64,000 bases of DNA from Bacteroidota bacterium (GCA_018700895.1 JABIUV010000014.1:49086-113085); one strand, 5' to 3'. Positions 1 through 11,130 are shown, counted from the stretch's first letter. Made by a program: numbers and translations. Notes: generated from the sequence alone by a model not told the origin.

Positions 1-1
1 A

Positions 2-451
2 TGGCACATCACAGATAGTTCTGTACTTATTGCACTATTAGCTTTCGTAGGCATACAGCTACAAGGTACATTGTTCAATTATTACTATGTGATATTGCGA
101 AATGAATTTGACGGAGACGATACCAGTCGTATCAACGAAAAACGTGCTCCAAAAGCATTGCCCGGCGAGAAACAACTTCATGTAAATATGCTTTATCAAA
201 CATTCAATATCTTATATCGCTTATTTGACCAAGCCATATATCATGCCGACCCCAAAGCTCCCAAAAAGCAAGAGATGCCACACTGGCTTATGACACTCGT
301 TTCGGCCATGGGCCTTGGTTTTCAGTTATTGATAATCGCAGTAATGTTAAGTGTTCAATTAGAGCGATATATTCTCCCATTTTTTGTGGGCTATACACTG
401 CTTATTCCCGTGCTTATTTTCATTAGACGACGAATTAATCGCCAGAACTAG
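2..451 (+). CDS. CDP-alcohol phosphatidyltransferase family protein, 5'-truncated by the window edge
   Basis: Frame open from base 2 (WHITDSSVLIALLAFVGIQLQGTLFNYYYVILRN..GDDTSRINE), hydrophobic C-terminus with GLGFQLLII; resembles the Bacteroidota family. Confidence 0.6.
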   Translation, partial: WHITDSSVLIALLAFVGIQLQGTLFNYYYVILRNEFDGDDTSRINEKRAPKALPGEKQLHVNMLYQTFNILYRLFDQAIYHADPKAPKKQEMPHWLMTLVSAMGLGFQLLIIAVMLSVQLERYILPFFVGYTLLIPVLIFIRRRINRQN

Positions 452-499
452 AGCAATACCCATTTACACATTCGTGGTTAGGTATTACGCGAAAATCAA

Positions 500-507
500 T
501 ACATTTG
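500..507 (+). promoter_or_regulatory. Bacteroidota sigma-70 -7 element (TACATTTG)
   Basis: Exact TAnnTTTG, 4 nt before the GTG at 512. Confidence 0.7.
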
Positions 508-511
508 ACAC

Positions 512-1447
512 GTGCCAGTAGATTTATCAGACATACTCGTAGTGGGTGTTTCATCACGAGCCTTATTTGACTTAGAAGAAGAGAATGCCATTTTCGAAAA
601 AGAGGGCATAGAAGGCTATCGCACCTATCAGCTTAAAAATGAAAACCAACCCCTCAAAATAGGTTCGGCTTTCTATCTCGTAAAAAGTCTACTAGAGCTT
701 AATAACCAAGCGAATAAACGCATTGTAGAAATCGTACTAATGAGTCGCAACAGCCCCGAGACTGGTGTGCGAATGCTCAACAGCATTACCCAACACGACT
801 TAGACATTACTCGCGTAGCACTGAGTGGTGGCGAGCCATTAGCACCCTATATAGATGCTTACGATATAGACCTCTTTTTGAGTAAGGATGACAAGGATGT
901 ACAAACCGTAATAGACTCACGGGCCTGTGCAGCTGCTTCCATTTATGCTCCACCACAATCATTTAACCCCAAAGACAATCGGGTAAAAATAGCTTTTGAT
1001 GCGGATGCAGTACTTTTTAGTGATGAGAGTGAGCATCGTTATAAAACGGAAGGTATAGATGCATTTCTGAAACACGAAAAAGAAAACGAAAACAATCCAC
1101 TCAAAAAAGGACCGTTTGCGGAGCTCCTCATCAAACTAAGCCGAATACAAGATCACCTGCCTATTACCATAGAGCTTTCGCCACTGCGACTAGCCATAGT
1201 TACGGCACGCAGTGCTCCGTCTCATATGCGAGTCATCAAAACTTTGCGTAAGTGGGGCGTATACGTAGATGAAGTATATTTTATGGGTGGATTATCCAAG
1301 GACAAGGTACTAGAAGCCTTTGGGGCTCATATCTTTTTTGATGATCAAGAGGCTCATTTAGAGTCGGCGAGCAAGGTAGTACCTAGCGGGAAAGTGCCTT
1401 ACGACTCATCCTCACCAATGAAGAATATAGAGCAATCCAAGAAATAA
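512..1447 (+). CDS. 5'-nucleotidase (cN-I-like family)
   Basis: VGVSSRALFDL, MSRNSPETGVR, IAFDADAVLFSDESE, VTARSAPSH, HIFFDDQ motifs. Confidence 0.9.
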   Translation: MPVDLSDILVVGVSSRALFDLEEENAIFEKEGIEGYRTYQLKNENQPLKIGSAFYLVKSLLELNNQANKRIVEIVLMSRNSPETGVRMLNSITQHDLDITRVALSGGEPLAPYIDAYDIDLFLSKDDKDVQTVIDSRACAAASIYAPPQSFNPKDNRVKIAFDADAVLFSDESEHRYKTEGIDAFLKHEKENENNPLKKGPFAELLIKLSRIQDHLPITIELSPLRLAIVTARSAPSHMRVIKTLRKWGVYVDEVYFMGGLSKDKVLEAFGAHIFFDDQEAHLESASKVVPSGKVPYDSSSPMKNIEQSKK

Positions 1448-1524
1448 AATTACATATTCTCTCACCTTAAGTATCTGACGGAGCATAGTCCACGCCTTAC
1501 GCACCCTAAAATAGAGTACAAGCA

Positions 1525-3462
1525 TCACCTCTCCAATATAACCTTACCGCTTAACCACTGCTTGCCGATGGGGTAGCGTATGAGATAGATACCACTTGCG
1601 TAGCTACTAAGGTCTATGCGTTGAATGTTTTGTTTTTTGAGATTACTTACTACCTGCAACACCTTGCCGCTTAGGTCTGTAATATATAGCTCAGGTATAT
1701 CGACACTTGCTTTTATATTCACTATGCCACGTGTAGGGTTGGGATAGTATGTCCACGATATGTCTTTTGGGTTAGTCGAATTTGTCACCACACTACTCGT
1801 GTCAGTAAGCGTTGTGTTTACCGGCGTGTAGGTAATGCTATCTGCTGGATAATTCAGATTAAGATCGGGCAACTCCTGCTCAAAGTTTGGCATATACGTA
1901 TAGCTCTTGATAACACGTACCAGTAGGTCATTGAGTGTTTCTACTTTGTAGGTATCGGTACTTGGTTTTAGGTGACTACCCCCTATCCCACTATCATCGG
2001 TAAGAAAAGCATAAGTTCCATTAGTAGCCAAGGCAATACTCCTCATCAGGTATTCCGTCCCTTTATTTATACCACTAGCTACAAGCGGGACAATGCGGAT
2101 TCCCTTTTCGGCTGCTTGTCGGCTTACACGCTTTAGTTTTTCATGAATTTCTGGCGTGTTATGTGGTGGTGCATCGAGTATAAGAAAAAGTATTCTTGCC
2201 CGTGCATCTTCACTCCACTGTAGGGTATTGACAGCCGTATCGAGGGCAACTTCTACGGCTTCTTCAAAATCACCACCACCGCCAGCTTGCTGTTGACTGA
2301 TGAAAGATACCGACTCCGATAGTACTCGCGTAAAATCTTGCTGTTGTGTGAGGTAGGCATCTCCACGGTCGCGATAAAAAACATTGGCGAAGCTGAAATT
2401 TAACGTAGCACTTATCTCCTTACTTTTATAAATGACGTCATTCAGCTCTGCAGTAAGGTAGTTGAGCTCATCACTCATGCTCCCAGTGGCATCTACCACA
2501 AAGGCGATATCTACTTTTTGTGATTGTGTACATACTACATTAAGCTCTATGGTATTTATTCCGTTTGCAATAGTTTTTGCTTTACGTATGCCAAAGCTTT
2601 CACCATGATAATTTCCTACTATGCTAAACTTATTCTTTTTAAAGTCTCGGCCAGATATGCTTGCCCATAGCTCAGCCTTACCTGTATTATCAGTGCGAGC
2701 GGAGTAGTAACTTACACCCTCCTTATCTACCAGTTGTAATATAGCGTCTGCTAGCGGCAGCCCCTTTTTATCGGCAAGTTGAACCATATACCGATTGCTC
2801 ACACTATAACTCCATAGCTGGCTATATTGGGCAAATTCTCCTTCGGCTAAGTCTCCCCACAAGTCCCATTTGCTAAAATCATTAATCTCTCCAGTTGTGA
2901 GTTTTCCTGCGACTCCCTGTTGTGGAATGACGGGCCTACTAACTGAAATACCTCGGGGTGCACTCCGTTTCATCATCAAGGCACTTCTCGCAGGTTTCAC
3001 TGAGGTTGTAGCTCCTCGCGTTATAGTCTCAGGCGATTCTGGCGAAGCATCCATAAAATAACCCACTCCATCACCATCGTAATCACTATAGTCGGCTTTC
3101 TCTTCTACCGTCTCTTTTACTTTTACAGGTTTATACTTACTGTCCTTGTCCTCTGCCAGATTAAAATCTACACTCTCATCACTTTTTACTCGAATTTGCT
3201 GTGATATTTTTTTGTAACCGGCATAAACTATTTCAGCACGGTAAGTTCCTGTATCTAGTTCTACGTTAAAATTTCCTTCTTTATCTGCCAAAACCGACGC
3301 TACGAGCTCCTCTCCTTGGTAAATGTCTACATTAGCATAGCCTAAATCTATTGTTGCACTTAGACCCTTTACATTACCACTAATGCTCTGAGCTAAAGAT
3401 ATTTGCGGAAATAACACTACCGCAGTAAGGGTGAGTATGGAAGTAAATATATAATGTTTCAT
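1525..3462 (-). CDS. Secreted vWA-domain protein with N-terminal carboxypeptidase-regulatory-like domain and T9SS type A CTD
   Basis: Signal peptide; MIDAS-like VDATGSM and LDAPPH; C-terminal YYPNPTRG..DLSSYASGIYLIR..KVILE. Confidence 0.85.
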   Translation of the reverse strand: MKHYIFTSILTLTAVVLFPQISLAQSISGNVKGLSATIDLGYANVDIYQGEELVASVLADKEGNFNVELDTGTYRAEIVYAGYKKISQQIRVKSDESVDFNLAEDKDSKYKPVKVKETVEEKADYSDYDGDGVGYFMDASPESPETITRGATTSVKPARSALMMKRSAPRGISVSRPVIPQQGVAGKLTTGEINDFSKWDLWGDLAEGEFAQYSQLWSYSVSNRYMVQLADKKGLPLADAILQLVDKEGVSYYSARTDNTGKAELWASISGRDFKKNKFSIVGNYHGESFGIRKAKTIANGINTIELNVVCTQSQKVDIAFVVDATGSMSDELNYLTAELNDVIYKSKEISATLNFSFANVFYRDRGDAYLTQQQDFTRVLSESVSFISQQQAGGGGDFEEAVEVALDTAVNTLQWSEDARARILFLILDAPPHNTPEIHEKLKRVSRQAAEKGIRIVPLVASGINKGTEYLMRSIALATNGTYAFLTDDSGIGGSHLKPSTDTYKVETLNDLLVRVIKSYTYMPNFEQELPDLNLNYPADSITYTPVNTTLTDTSSVVTNSTNPKDISWTYYPNPTRGIVNIKASVDIPELYITDLSGKVLQVVSNLKKQNIQRIDLSSYASGIYLIRYPIGKQWLSGKVILER

Positions 3463-3746
3463 GGTGTTCTCTAGTATGGTGGAATATAGTGATTAATACC
3501 AAATGAGTTAAAAAGGTAAATGGCCAAAAAAAATAAGTTTACGATTAAAAGCTTTTAGCAGATTAAGATTAATCGTGACCTCACTCCATTCTCTTGAGGC
3601 CTATTCTCGTGAAGAAAGATGCGATGTTACTTCGAGTAACTTTGCTTAAAGCAAAACTGTACCTAGAACATCCATCTTAAATCATACAGCCTAAATCAAT
3701 AGCGAATAACCAATAATTCTTACATTTGCCCTTCGTAAAAAAAGAG

Positions 3747-4727
3747 ATGGCAAGACAACTGCAAATACGTGAAGCTCTTCGCGAGGCTATGAGCGAAGAA
3801 ATGAGAAAAGATGAGAATGTTTTCTTAATAGGTGAAGAAGTAGCTGAGTACAATGGTGCTTACAAAGTAAGTCAAGGAATGCTTGACGAGTTTGGTGAGA
3901 AAAGAGTGATTGATACTCCTATCGCTGAGCTTGGATTTGCGGGTATTGCTACTGGTGCTGCTACCAATGGATTAAAACCTATCGTAGAGTTTATGACATT
4001 TAACTTTAGCCTTGTAGCTATAGACCAAGTAATAAATGCAGCTGCAAAAATGAATAGCATGAGTGGCGGACAGTTCACCTGCCCAATGGTGTTCCGTGGC
4101 CCTACAGGCAGTGCAGGTCAACTTGGTGCACAACACTCTCAAGCATTTGAGAACTGGTATGCTAACTGCCCAGGACTTAAAGTAGCCGTACTTTCTAACT
4201 CGTACAATGCAAAAGGTCTTCTGAAAAGTGCGATAATTGATCCGGATCCAGTAATATTTATGGAAAGTGAGCAGATGTACGGACTAAAGCACGAAGTGCC
4301 TGAGGAAGAATACTACATCCCACTAGGACAAGCAAATATTCAAAAAGCCGGTACTGACGTAACGCTTGTATCATTTGGTAAAATGATGCGTGTTGCGGAG
4401 CAAGCAGTAATAGCTCTAGGTGAGCAAGGCATAGATGTAGAACTTATCGACTTACAGAGTGTGAGACCAATAGACTACCATACTTTAGCTGAGAGTATTA
4501 AGAAAACAAACCGATGTGTTGTGCTAGAAGAGGCTTGGCCACTAGCATCTATTTCATCTGAAATATCATATATGATGAGTCAAATGGTATTTGACCACTT
4601 GGATGCTCCTATCAAGCGTGTGACTACACTCGATACGCCGCTTCCTTATGCTGCTACTTTGGTAGAGGCGTGGTTACCAAACGTACAACGTGTTACTGAG
4701 GCTGTAAATGCCGTAATGTACCGCTAA
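3747..4727 (+). CDS. pdhB: Pyruvate dehydrogenase E1 beta subunit
   Basis: GEEVAEYNGAYKVSQGML, DTPIAELGFAG, AQHSQ; start moved to ATG 3747 because TTG 3726 lies inside the TACATTTG promoter. Confidence 0.95.
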   Translation: MARQLQIREALREAMSEEMRKDENVFLIGEEVAEYNGAYKVSQGMLDEFGEKRVIDTPIAELGFAGIATGAATNGLKPIVEFMTFNFSLVAIDQVINAAAKMNSMSGGQFTCPMVFRGPTGSAGQLGAQHSQAFENWYANCPGLKVAVLSNSYNAKGLLKSAIIDPDPVIFMESEQMYGLKHEVPEEEYYIPLGQANIQKAGTDVTLVSFGKMMRVAEQAVIALGEQGIDVELIDLQSVRPIDYHTLAESIKKTNRCVVLEEAWPLASISSEISYMMSQMVFDHLDAPIKRVTTLDTPLPYAATLVEAWLPNVQRVTEAVNAVMYR

Positions 4728-4753
4728 TAAAGAGCCGCTCCAATAAAAAATTG

Positions 4754-4785
4754 AAAGCCTTTCGTTCTTGCGGAAGGCTTTTTTT
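4754..4785 (+). terminator. Intrinsic terminator of pdhB
   Basis: aaagcctttcg-ttcttg-cggaaggcttt followed by a T run. Confidence 0.85.
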
Positions 4786-4818
4786 GATACCAAAAACCGA
4801 TAAATATTCACTGCCGAT

Positions 4819-5055
4819 ATGATAAATTGGCAAGCCATACGAGAAGAGCACCTTGCAGGCTATACTGGCATATACCTCAATTCTCCCGCAAATGGATTGC
4901 CGAGCCGGGCCTTATATGATGCCGAAACACACCATTCCTTACGTGTAAATGCACAACAAAGGTGGGAAAGTAAGATTGCCGCCGAACTCGAGTTGCTGTC
5001 GTGCTATCAGCAAAATACGATTATCAAACAACGAGAAGTAGTTGCCCGTCAGTAA
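4819..5055 (+). pseudogene. N-terminal remnant of a class V PLP aminotransferase / cysteine desulfurase-like gene
   Basis: MINWQAIREE..IYLNSPANG resembles class V N-termini; only 78 aa, no PLP-lysine region. Confidence 0.45.
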
Positions 5056-5058
5056 TTG

Positions 5059-6714
5059 CTATAACCTGTAGTCCAGAGCAGCGATGTTGAGTCGCATACC
5101 AAATCTAAATATGGTACTTTCTTTATCCGCTGCGAGTAAAGCATTATTCTGATTGCGAATATGAATTCCCGCATCCAAAAACAGATTATGCCATAGCATA
5201 TAGCTCACGTCTAGCGACAGGTTGCTGATATTGTTTTCTATACCTTGAAACATAGGATTTGAGCCAGCGGGTCGGTTTCCGTAGGTTCGTAGGTAGTCTC
5301 CGTCATAGTTGATTCCAGTGGCAGCGGTATCTATACCCTGCTTGGAGGTGCTGTATATGGCATTGACATTGAGCCGATTAGTAGGCTGGTAGCGAGCTAT
5401 AGCTATAAACTCACGCATATTGGTGCCCAGCGGATGAGCGAGTGACTGATTATAATGTGCCCAGTTTTGAGATTTTGATCGGTGTTGATACACGTATGGT
5501 CTGAGTTGGTTTACTTCTAGCTGCAGGCCAAGGTTATTGATATTAGCCACATTAATGTATTTGATTCCTGCCTGGTAGCCCCATTTATTTACCCAAGACT
5601 GAGTGCGGCCAAACATTTCATCTTTTATAAATTCGTCCAATATGAACTGCCCGTAAAATGAAAAACGATTCATAAAGTTCCATTTCCAGTCCATACCCAG
5701 TATGGCATTATCGCTACTATTGAGCCCGTGTTCCACCGCTCTATAAAAAATGATAGGATTGAGGTATGCTACCTCGTATCGGTTGCCTTCGGTAGAGTCT
5801 GAACGGTCGAAGATGATATTCTCAAACAAACCAATATTCAGATTTTTGCCAATATTCATGCTTAAATGATGAAAAGCAGAGAACTTACGGCCGTTGCGAG
5901 CTGATTCGCCTTGTTGTATGAAGTCTATGTGTTGGCTAAAGAGGTTTTGGTAGTTGAATTTCCAAACCTGCGTATTAAACTTTAAGAAAGGATGCGGAGC
6001 CGAAAAATCAGAAAGTATAAGCGAGCGATATCCGTTGCCTATGAAGTTATTATCGTGTCCAAACTGAACTGATATTTGCTCTATAGGCGAGAAGGTAATG
6101 TATCCCTTAGCATTGAAATAATCACGGGCTGCATCGCCAAAACTCTTGTTGAGCGTAGTGCCATCTACCACGCCAGTACGTGCGTGTTTTTCACGTAAAA
6201 ACGTGGGGTATTGTACTTGATTTTCTATCGCACTGGAATAAAAACCTACCTTGTTACCAATGTTGCCGCGTACCTCTACACCACGGCTGTTGTGATATAT
6301 AGGCAGGGAGTCCTGACTATCTACACCACCTGCAAATCTTAAAATAGGATTGAGCATCATATTAAAATTGTCTTCCTGCACCACAAGAAGAGCACTTTGA
6401 GTTTTATAAAAATGAGATAATATAGGTTTCTCTCTGAGAAGATTATCCGCATCATAATAAAGAAAGTTATCGTTTAGTAAATACGACTTGTTAAAGTCAT
6501 CAACTTTAGACCTGGTTCCAGTAGACTGCACAAAATTGCTCAATACATCACGGCGATAAGGCTTCACCGTGCTAAATAGTCGTGAAGGAAGACTGTCGCT
6601 CATAATCTCAAATCTATCAGAAATATGATAGTTAAAGTAGCCCAAAGTCAATTCACTTTGAGCATAAGATGTGATGGTGGACAGGAATATAGTAGCTAGT
6701 AGTGTTATTCTCAT
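5059..6714 (-). CDS. Outer-membrane beta-barrel, Wzi/RemB-like
   Basis: Signal peptide MRITLLATIF..AQ; FIGNGYRSLILSD, YLNPIIFYRAVE, HYNQSLAHPLG; aromatic-alternating C-terminus. Confidence 0.7.
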   Translation of the reverse strand: MRITLLATIFLSTITSYAQSELTLGYFNYHISDRFEIMSDSLPSRLFSTVKPYRRDVLSNFVQSTGTRSKVDDFNKSYLLNDNFLYYDADNLLREKPILSHFYKTQSALLVVQEDNFNMMLNPILRFAGGVDSQDSLPIYHNSRGVEVRGNIGNKVGFYSSAIENQVQYPTFLREKHARTGVVDGTTLNKSFGDAARDYFNAKGYITFSPIEQISVQFGHDNNFIGNGYRSLILSDFSAPHPFLKFNTQVWKFNYQNLFSQHIDFIQQGESARNGRKFSAFHHLSMNIGKNLNIGLFENIIFDRSDSTEGNRYEVAYLNPIIFYRAVEHGLNSSDNAILGMDWKWNFMNRFSFYGQFILDEFIKDEMFGRTQSWVNKWGYQAGIKYINVANINNLGLQLEVNQLRPYVYQHRSKSQNWAHYNQSLAHPLGTNMREFIAIARYQPTNRLNVNAIYSTSKQGIDTAATGINYDGDYLRTYGNRPAGSNPMFQGIENNISNLSLDVSYMLWHNLFLDAGIHIRNQNNALLAADKESTIFRFGMRLNIAALDYRL

Positions 6715-6822
6715 TTTAGTAAAATGCAGAGATAGGGGCATAAAATAAAGTGTTTAAAAACTGTGTGGTTGGAGACAGAGGGTGATGTCAATAAGTATTA
6801 GTAGTCATATTATCTTCGCCAC

Positions 6823-8856
6823 GTGTCACCTCAAGCTAAATTACAAGAACTTACCGCCGAGCTCAAACAGCATAACTACGACTACTATGTATTAGCCAAT
6901 CCTACGATATCGGATCGAGAGTTTGATATGAAACTGAAAGAACTGGAGAAGCTAGAGCAGGCGTTTCCGCAGTATACCGACCCTAATAGTCCAACACAGC
7001 AAGTAGGTGGAGGTATCACCAAAAACTTTGAAACGGTACCTCACAGTACACGTATGCTAAGCTTAGGCAATACGTATAACAAAGAAGAACTACTTGATTT
7101 TGATAAGCGAGTAGCAAAACTGAATGGTGGTAATGCCTATCAATACACGGCAGAATTGAAATTTGATGGATTTGCTATTGCACTGCGTTATGCAGACGGT
7201 AAGCTATCTCGGGCAATCACCCGTGGTGACGGAACACAAGGTGATGATGTGACGGCTAACGTGAAAACCATTCGCAGTATCCCACATCAACTACGAGGTA
7301 ACTATCCACCCAACTTGGAAGTGCGTGGTGAAATATTTATGCACAAAGCAGCATTTGCGAAGCTCAATGAAGAGCGTGCTAATAAGGGAGAAGACCTTTA
7401 CAAAAATCCTAGGAATACTGCCGCTGGTACTATAAAACTGCAAGACAGTGCGGAGGTAGCCAAACGACCGTTAGATGGTTTCCTCTATCAACTCGCAGAG
7501 CACGGTAAAGAAGAGTTGGACCATTGGGATAGTCTGCAACGTATGAAAGAATACGGATTGCCAGTGAACGATGCTACCCAACTGTGCGACACCATAGAAG
7601 ATGTGTGGACGTTTATAGAGCATTGGGATACGGAGCGTAAAAATCTCAGCTTTGAGATAGATGGTGTGGTGATAAAGGTGAATAGCCGGCTGCAACAGCA
7701 GGAAATGGGATTTACCAGTAAGTTTCCGAGGTGGGCGATGTCATACAAGTTTGAGACGGAGCGTGCCGAGAGCAAGCTGCTCAGTATCAGCTACCAAGTA
7801 GGGAGAACGGGTGCAGTGACTCCTGTAGCTAACTTGGAACCCATGCAGCTTCTTGGCACTACAGTAAAACGAGCAAGTTTGCACAACGCCGATTTTATAG
7901 CGGAATTAGATATACGCATAGGAGATAGAGTATTTGTAGAAAAGGGAGGAGAAATCATCCCCAAAATAGTGGAAGTAGATGCCAGCGGCAGAGGCCCCGG
8001 TAGTGAGCCAACCCAATTTACGCCAACATGTCCAGAGTGCGAAACCCTATTGGAACGACCTGAAGGGGATGCCGTATACCGCTGTCCCAATACGCAGCAC
8101 TGCCCACCGCAGGTAAAAGGACGTATAGAGCATTTCATTGGTCGTAAGGCGATGGATGTAGCCAGTTTGGGAGAAGGGAAGATTGATGTGTTGTACCAAT
8201 CTGGATTGGTGCGGCGAGTAGCAGATTTGTACAGTTTGCAGGGGGAGCAGCTGCTTGGACTAAGCAAGAGCATTATAAATGAAGATACAGGAGATGAACG
8301 GATTGTAAGTTTTAAGGAAAAGACGGTAGAAAACATTGTGGGTGGAATTCAAGCTTCTAAGCAGATTCCTTTTGAGCGTGTGTTATTTGGTCTTGGAATA
8401 CGCTTTGTAGGTGAGACCGTAGCCAAAAAACTGGCGTTCCATTTTAAAAATATAGATGCACTGATCGCGGCAGATTTTGAGACATTAAATGCCGTGAGCG
8501 AGATAGGAGGAGTGATAGCTAAGAGTGTGATAGATTACTTCAGCATTCCTGAAAACAGAGAAGAAATAGAACAGATGAAAGTCGCAGGCTTGCAGTTTGA
8601 AGTCATAGAAAAAGAGCTAGCAAGTAATGCACTAGATGGAGCCAAAATAGTGGTGAGCGGAGTGTTTAATCGCTTTAGCAGAAATGAACTTAAGAAGTTG
8701 ATAGAAGACAATGGGGGGAAGAATGTAAGTTCTATCTCTAAATCAACTGACTTCATCGTAGCGGGAGACAGTATGGGTCCTGCCAAAAAAGAGAAAGCTG
8801 AAAAGCTAGGTGTCAGGATGATTACAGAGGATGAATTTGCAGAGATGTTGGGGTGA
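6823..8856 (+). CDS. ligA: NAD-dependent DNA ligase
   Basis: ELKFDG adenylation motif, TRGDG, Cys4 zinc finger, HhH, C-terminal BRCT. Confidence 0.97.
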   Translation: MSPQAKLQELTAELKQHNYDYYVLANPTISDREFDMKLKELEKLEQAFPQYTDPNSPTQQVGGGITKNFETVPHSTRMLSLGNTYNKEELLDFDKRVAKLNGGNAYQYTAELKFDGFAIALRYADGKLSRAITRGDGTQGDDVTANVKTIRSIPHQLRGNYPPNLEVRGEIFMHKAAFAKLNEERANKGEDLYKNPRNTAAGTIKLQDSAEVAKRPLDGFLYQLAEHGKEELDHWDSLQRMKEYGLPVNDATQLCDTIEDVWTFIEHWDTERKNLSFEIDGVVIKVNSRLQQQEMGFTSKFPRWAMSYKFETERAESKLLSISYQVGRTGAVTPVANLEPMQLLGTTVKRASLHNADFIAELDIRIGDRVFVEKGGEIIPKIVEVDASGRGPGSEPTQFTPTCPECETLLERPEGDAVYRCPNTQHCPPQVKGRIEHFIGRKAMDVASLGEGKIDVLYQSGLVRRVADLYSLQGEQLLGLSKSIINEDTGDERIVSFKEKTVENIVGGIQASKQIPFERVLFGLGIRFVGETVAKKLAFHFKNIDALIAADFETLNAVSEIGGVIAKSVIDYFSIPENREEIEQMKVAGLQFEVIEKELASNALDGAKIVVSGVFNRFSRNELKKLIEDNGGKNVSSISKSTDFIVAGDSMGPAKKEKAEKLGVRMITEDEFAEMLG

Positions 8857-8917
8857 CCAAATTGGGATTCTTCTATACATAAAACAAATCTTATAGTTAT
8901 TCTGTACCTTCGTGCCG

Positions 8918-9430
8918 TTGTTAAAATTTCTGATAAACATAGGGTTAAAAAAGTTAGCAAAACGCAAGGCTACGCCAAAAAATGAAGCTGTTAAAGGGGT
9001 AAATAGTATTACTGCAATGGGTTTTGTCTATCACGTAGATAAAACGCCTTTTGACACACTTAAAAAAATGGTGCACGATTATTCTAAGCAAGGAATTAAG
9101 ATATATACCCTTGGCTTCGTAGAGGAGAAAGACCTAACAGACTATGAAGCAGATGAGTTGAACCACTATTACTGTTTGAACGATATAAACCTTCTTAGAC
9201 TCCCTAAGCAAGCGAGTATAAACCATTTTGTCTCACAAAACTTTGATTATCTGATTAACCTGGATATGGAAGGGAGAAATGAGTTGCAGGCTATATCGGC
9301 TTATTCTGCGTCAAAAATCCGAATAGGTAAACAATTTGAAAACTACATAAATGCACATGACTTGATGATACGCAGTGTTGCCGAAACACCAACTGAATTG
9401 TTGCGGGATATTAATAGATACATTAAATAA
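8918..9430 (+). CDS. Conserved Bacteroidota protein upstream of dapA (DUF6913-like)
   Basis: FDYLINL..SASKIRIG motif and ligA-X-dapA context; TTG start placed after TACCTTCG (8905-8912). Confidence 0.6.
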   Translation: MLKFLINIGLKKLAKRKATPKNEAVKGVNSITAMGFVYHVDKTPFDTLKKMVHDYSKQGIKIYTLGFVEEKDLTDYEADELNHYYCLNDINLLRLPKQASINHFVSQNFDYLINLDMEGRNELQAISAYSASKIRIGKQFENYINAHDLMIRSVAETPTELLRDINRYIK

Positions 9431-9431
9431 C

Positions 9432-10298
9432 ATGAGAGACTTTAGAGGATTTGGGGTCGCAATGGTGACACCTTTCACAGCCGATGGAAAAATAGATTTA
9501 GAGGGGTTAGAAAAATTAACCAACCACCTCATAGATGGCGGGGTAAACTATCTTGTAGTAATGGGTACTACGGGCGAAAATCCCACACTCTCTGGCGAAG
9601 AACAGCAACTTGTTTTACAAAAAGTGAAGGAGGTGAATGCTGGCAGACGGCCTATCGTATTTGGCATAGGCGGGAATGATACGGCTGCGGTAGTACATCG
9701 ATTGAAAACAGAAAACCTAGAAGGCGTAGACGGAATATTGAGTGTAAGCCCGTATTACAACAAACCAAGTCAAGAAGGTATATACCAACACTTTAAGGCA
9801 GTAAATGATGCAACTCCACTGCCCGTAATTATGTATAACGTACCAGGTAGAACAGGATCAACGGTAAGTGCGGAAACTACACTTCGAATAGCAGCACTGC
9901 CCAACATCGTTGCAACTAAAGAGGCAACAGGTAGCTTTGATATCTGTATGGATATTGTAATGGATAAGTCGGAAGATTTTGATGTATTGAGTGGAGAAGA
10001 TGCTCTTACGATGCCATTTATTGCGGCGGGTATGCAAGGGGTAATTTCCGTAGTGGGCAATGCGTATCCCAAGGAGTTTAGCCAAATGGTTAACTACGCG
10101 TTGGATGGCGATTTCAAAAACGCCAAGCATCTTCATTACAAACTCTTGCCTATGATGAAAGCCATTTTTATGGACGGGAATCCGGGTGGAATAAAATACG
10201 TACTTGCCAAGTTAGGCATCTGTGGTAACCACTTCAGATTGCCCGTAGCACCTGTAAATGATGCTACAGCTAAGGCCTTGGATGAGGCGATGCTGTAA
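9432..10298 (+). CDS. dapA: 4-hydroxy-tetrahydrodipicolinate synthase
   Basis: GTTGE, SPYYNKP, YNVPGRT, KEATG, LSGED. Confidence 0.95.
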   Translation: MRDFRGFGVAMVTPFTADGKIDLEGLEKLTNHLIDGGVNYLVVMGTTGENPTLSGEEQQLVLQKVKEVNAGRRPIVFGIGGNDTAAVVHRLKTENLEGVDGILSVSPYYNKPSQEGIYQHFKAVNDATPLPVIMYNVPGRTGSTVSAETTLRIAALPNIVATKEATGSFDICMDIVMDKSEDFDVLSGEDALTMPFIAAGMQGVISVVGNAYPKEFSQMVNYALDGDFKNAKHLHYKLLPMMKAIFMDGNPGGIKYVLAKLGICGNHFRLPVAPVNDATAKALDEAML

Positions 10299-10959
10299 AG
10301 GCAAGACATCTTGCTTGAGCGTTCGCTTGGGCTCTAGATCCTTTCTAAGTGCCGTGTTTTGCCTTTTGCTCGCAAGTGTAAGCTACGCTCAACAGAGTTC
10401 AAATAATCAAAAGTGGATGCCGATAGGAAATGACAGCCTACGTGTGCAACAGAGATACATTGCCAATGAATCATCACGGACTATTTCAATTTACGTATTA
10501 GACGCAGGGTTAGATAAACGCTTACAACGGTTGTATGAAACCTTAGTGCAACAAGAGGATAGTGTGAACTATCGGATTGTTGGAATTGCTCACTCTAAGT
10601 TTAGCGGGAAGAAGCGACGTAGGGATTTTGTGCCTGCGACTGAAGATTCATTTTTTATGCCCAAAGCAAAGTTTGTAGGAGCTGCAGATGAATTTCTGAG
10701 GATTATTGTAGATTCTATACTGCCCGTTTGTGATGCGAATACTGACAAACGAATTCTAATTGGACATTCTTTCGGAGGATTATTTGGGGTTTATTGTGCT
10801 ACACGATGTGAGTCACCTGTTGATGAGGTATATGTACTTAGTCCATCACTGTGGGTGAATGCAGGTTCGTTCAGGAGATACTATTTAAGCTATCTGAGCA
10901 CACAGTTTTACACGCTGGATTGTAGTCTATACTTCTTACTACTTCATTCTCAAGAATAG
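10258..10959 (+). pseudogene. IroE/BesA-like alpha/beta esterase, probably C-terminally truncated; start uncertain
   Basis: YVLDA, RRRDFVP, GHSFGG nucleophile elbow, SPSLW; no obvious catalytic-His region before running into the opposite-strand fragment. Confidence 0.55.
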
Positions 10960-11107
10960 TACTAGAAAGTGGAATCGTCTTTACTTGGTTATCATCTAAT
11001 GAGTGATATACTAAATTTGATTGAACGATAGAGACTAAGACATTATCACCTTGAGCCAAAGAATCAAATGCTAACATTGTTAACATTACCAAAATTATCA
11101 TTTTCAT
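10871..11107 (-). pseudogene. N-terminal fragment of an exported protein
   Basis: Clean signal peptide (MKMIILVMLTMLAFDSLAQ) with an upstream TATTTTTG; only 78 aa; overlaps the esterase convergently. Confidence 0.45.
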
Positions 11108-11130
11108 AGTACAAAAATATAGGGATTTGC

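Noticed and set aside
7471..8960. Antisense ORFs over ligA, and similar ones over dnaJ, moxR, paaZ and others
   Set aside because: Shadow frames of strongly supported genes, with no recognisable motifs.
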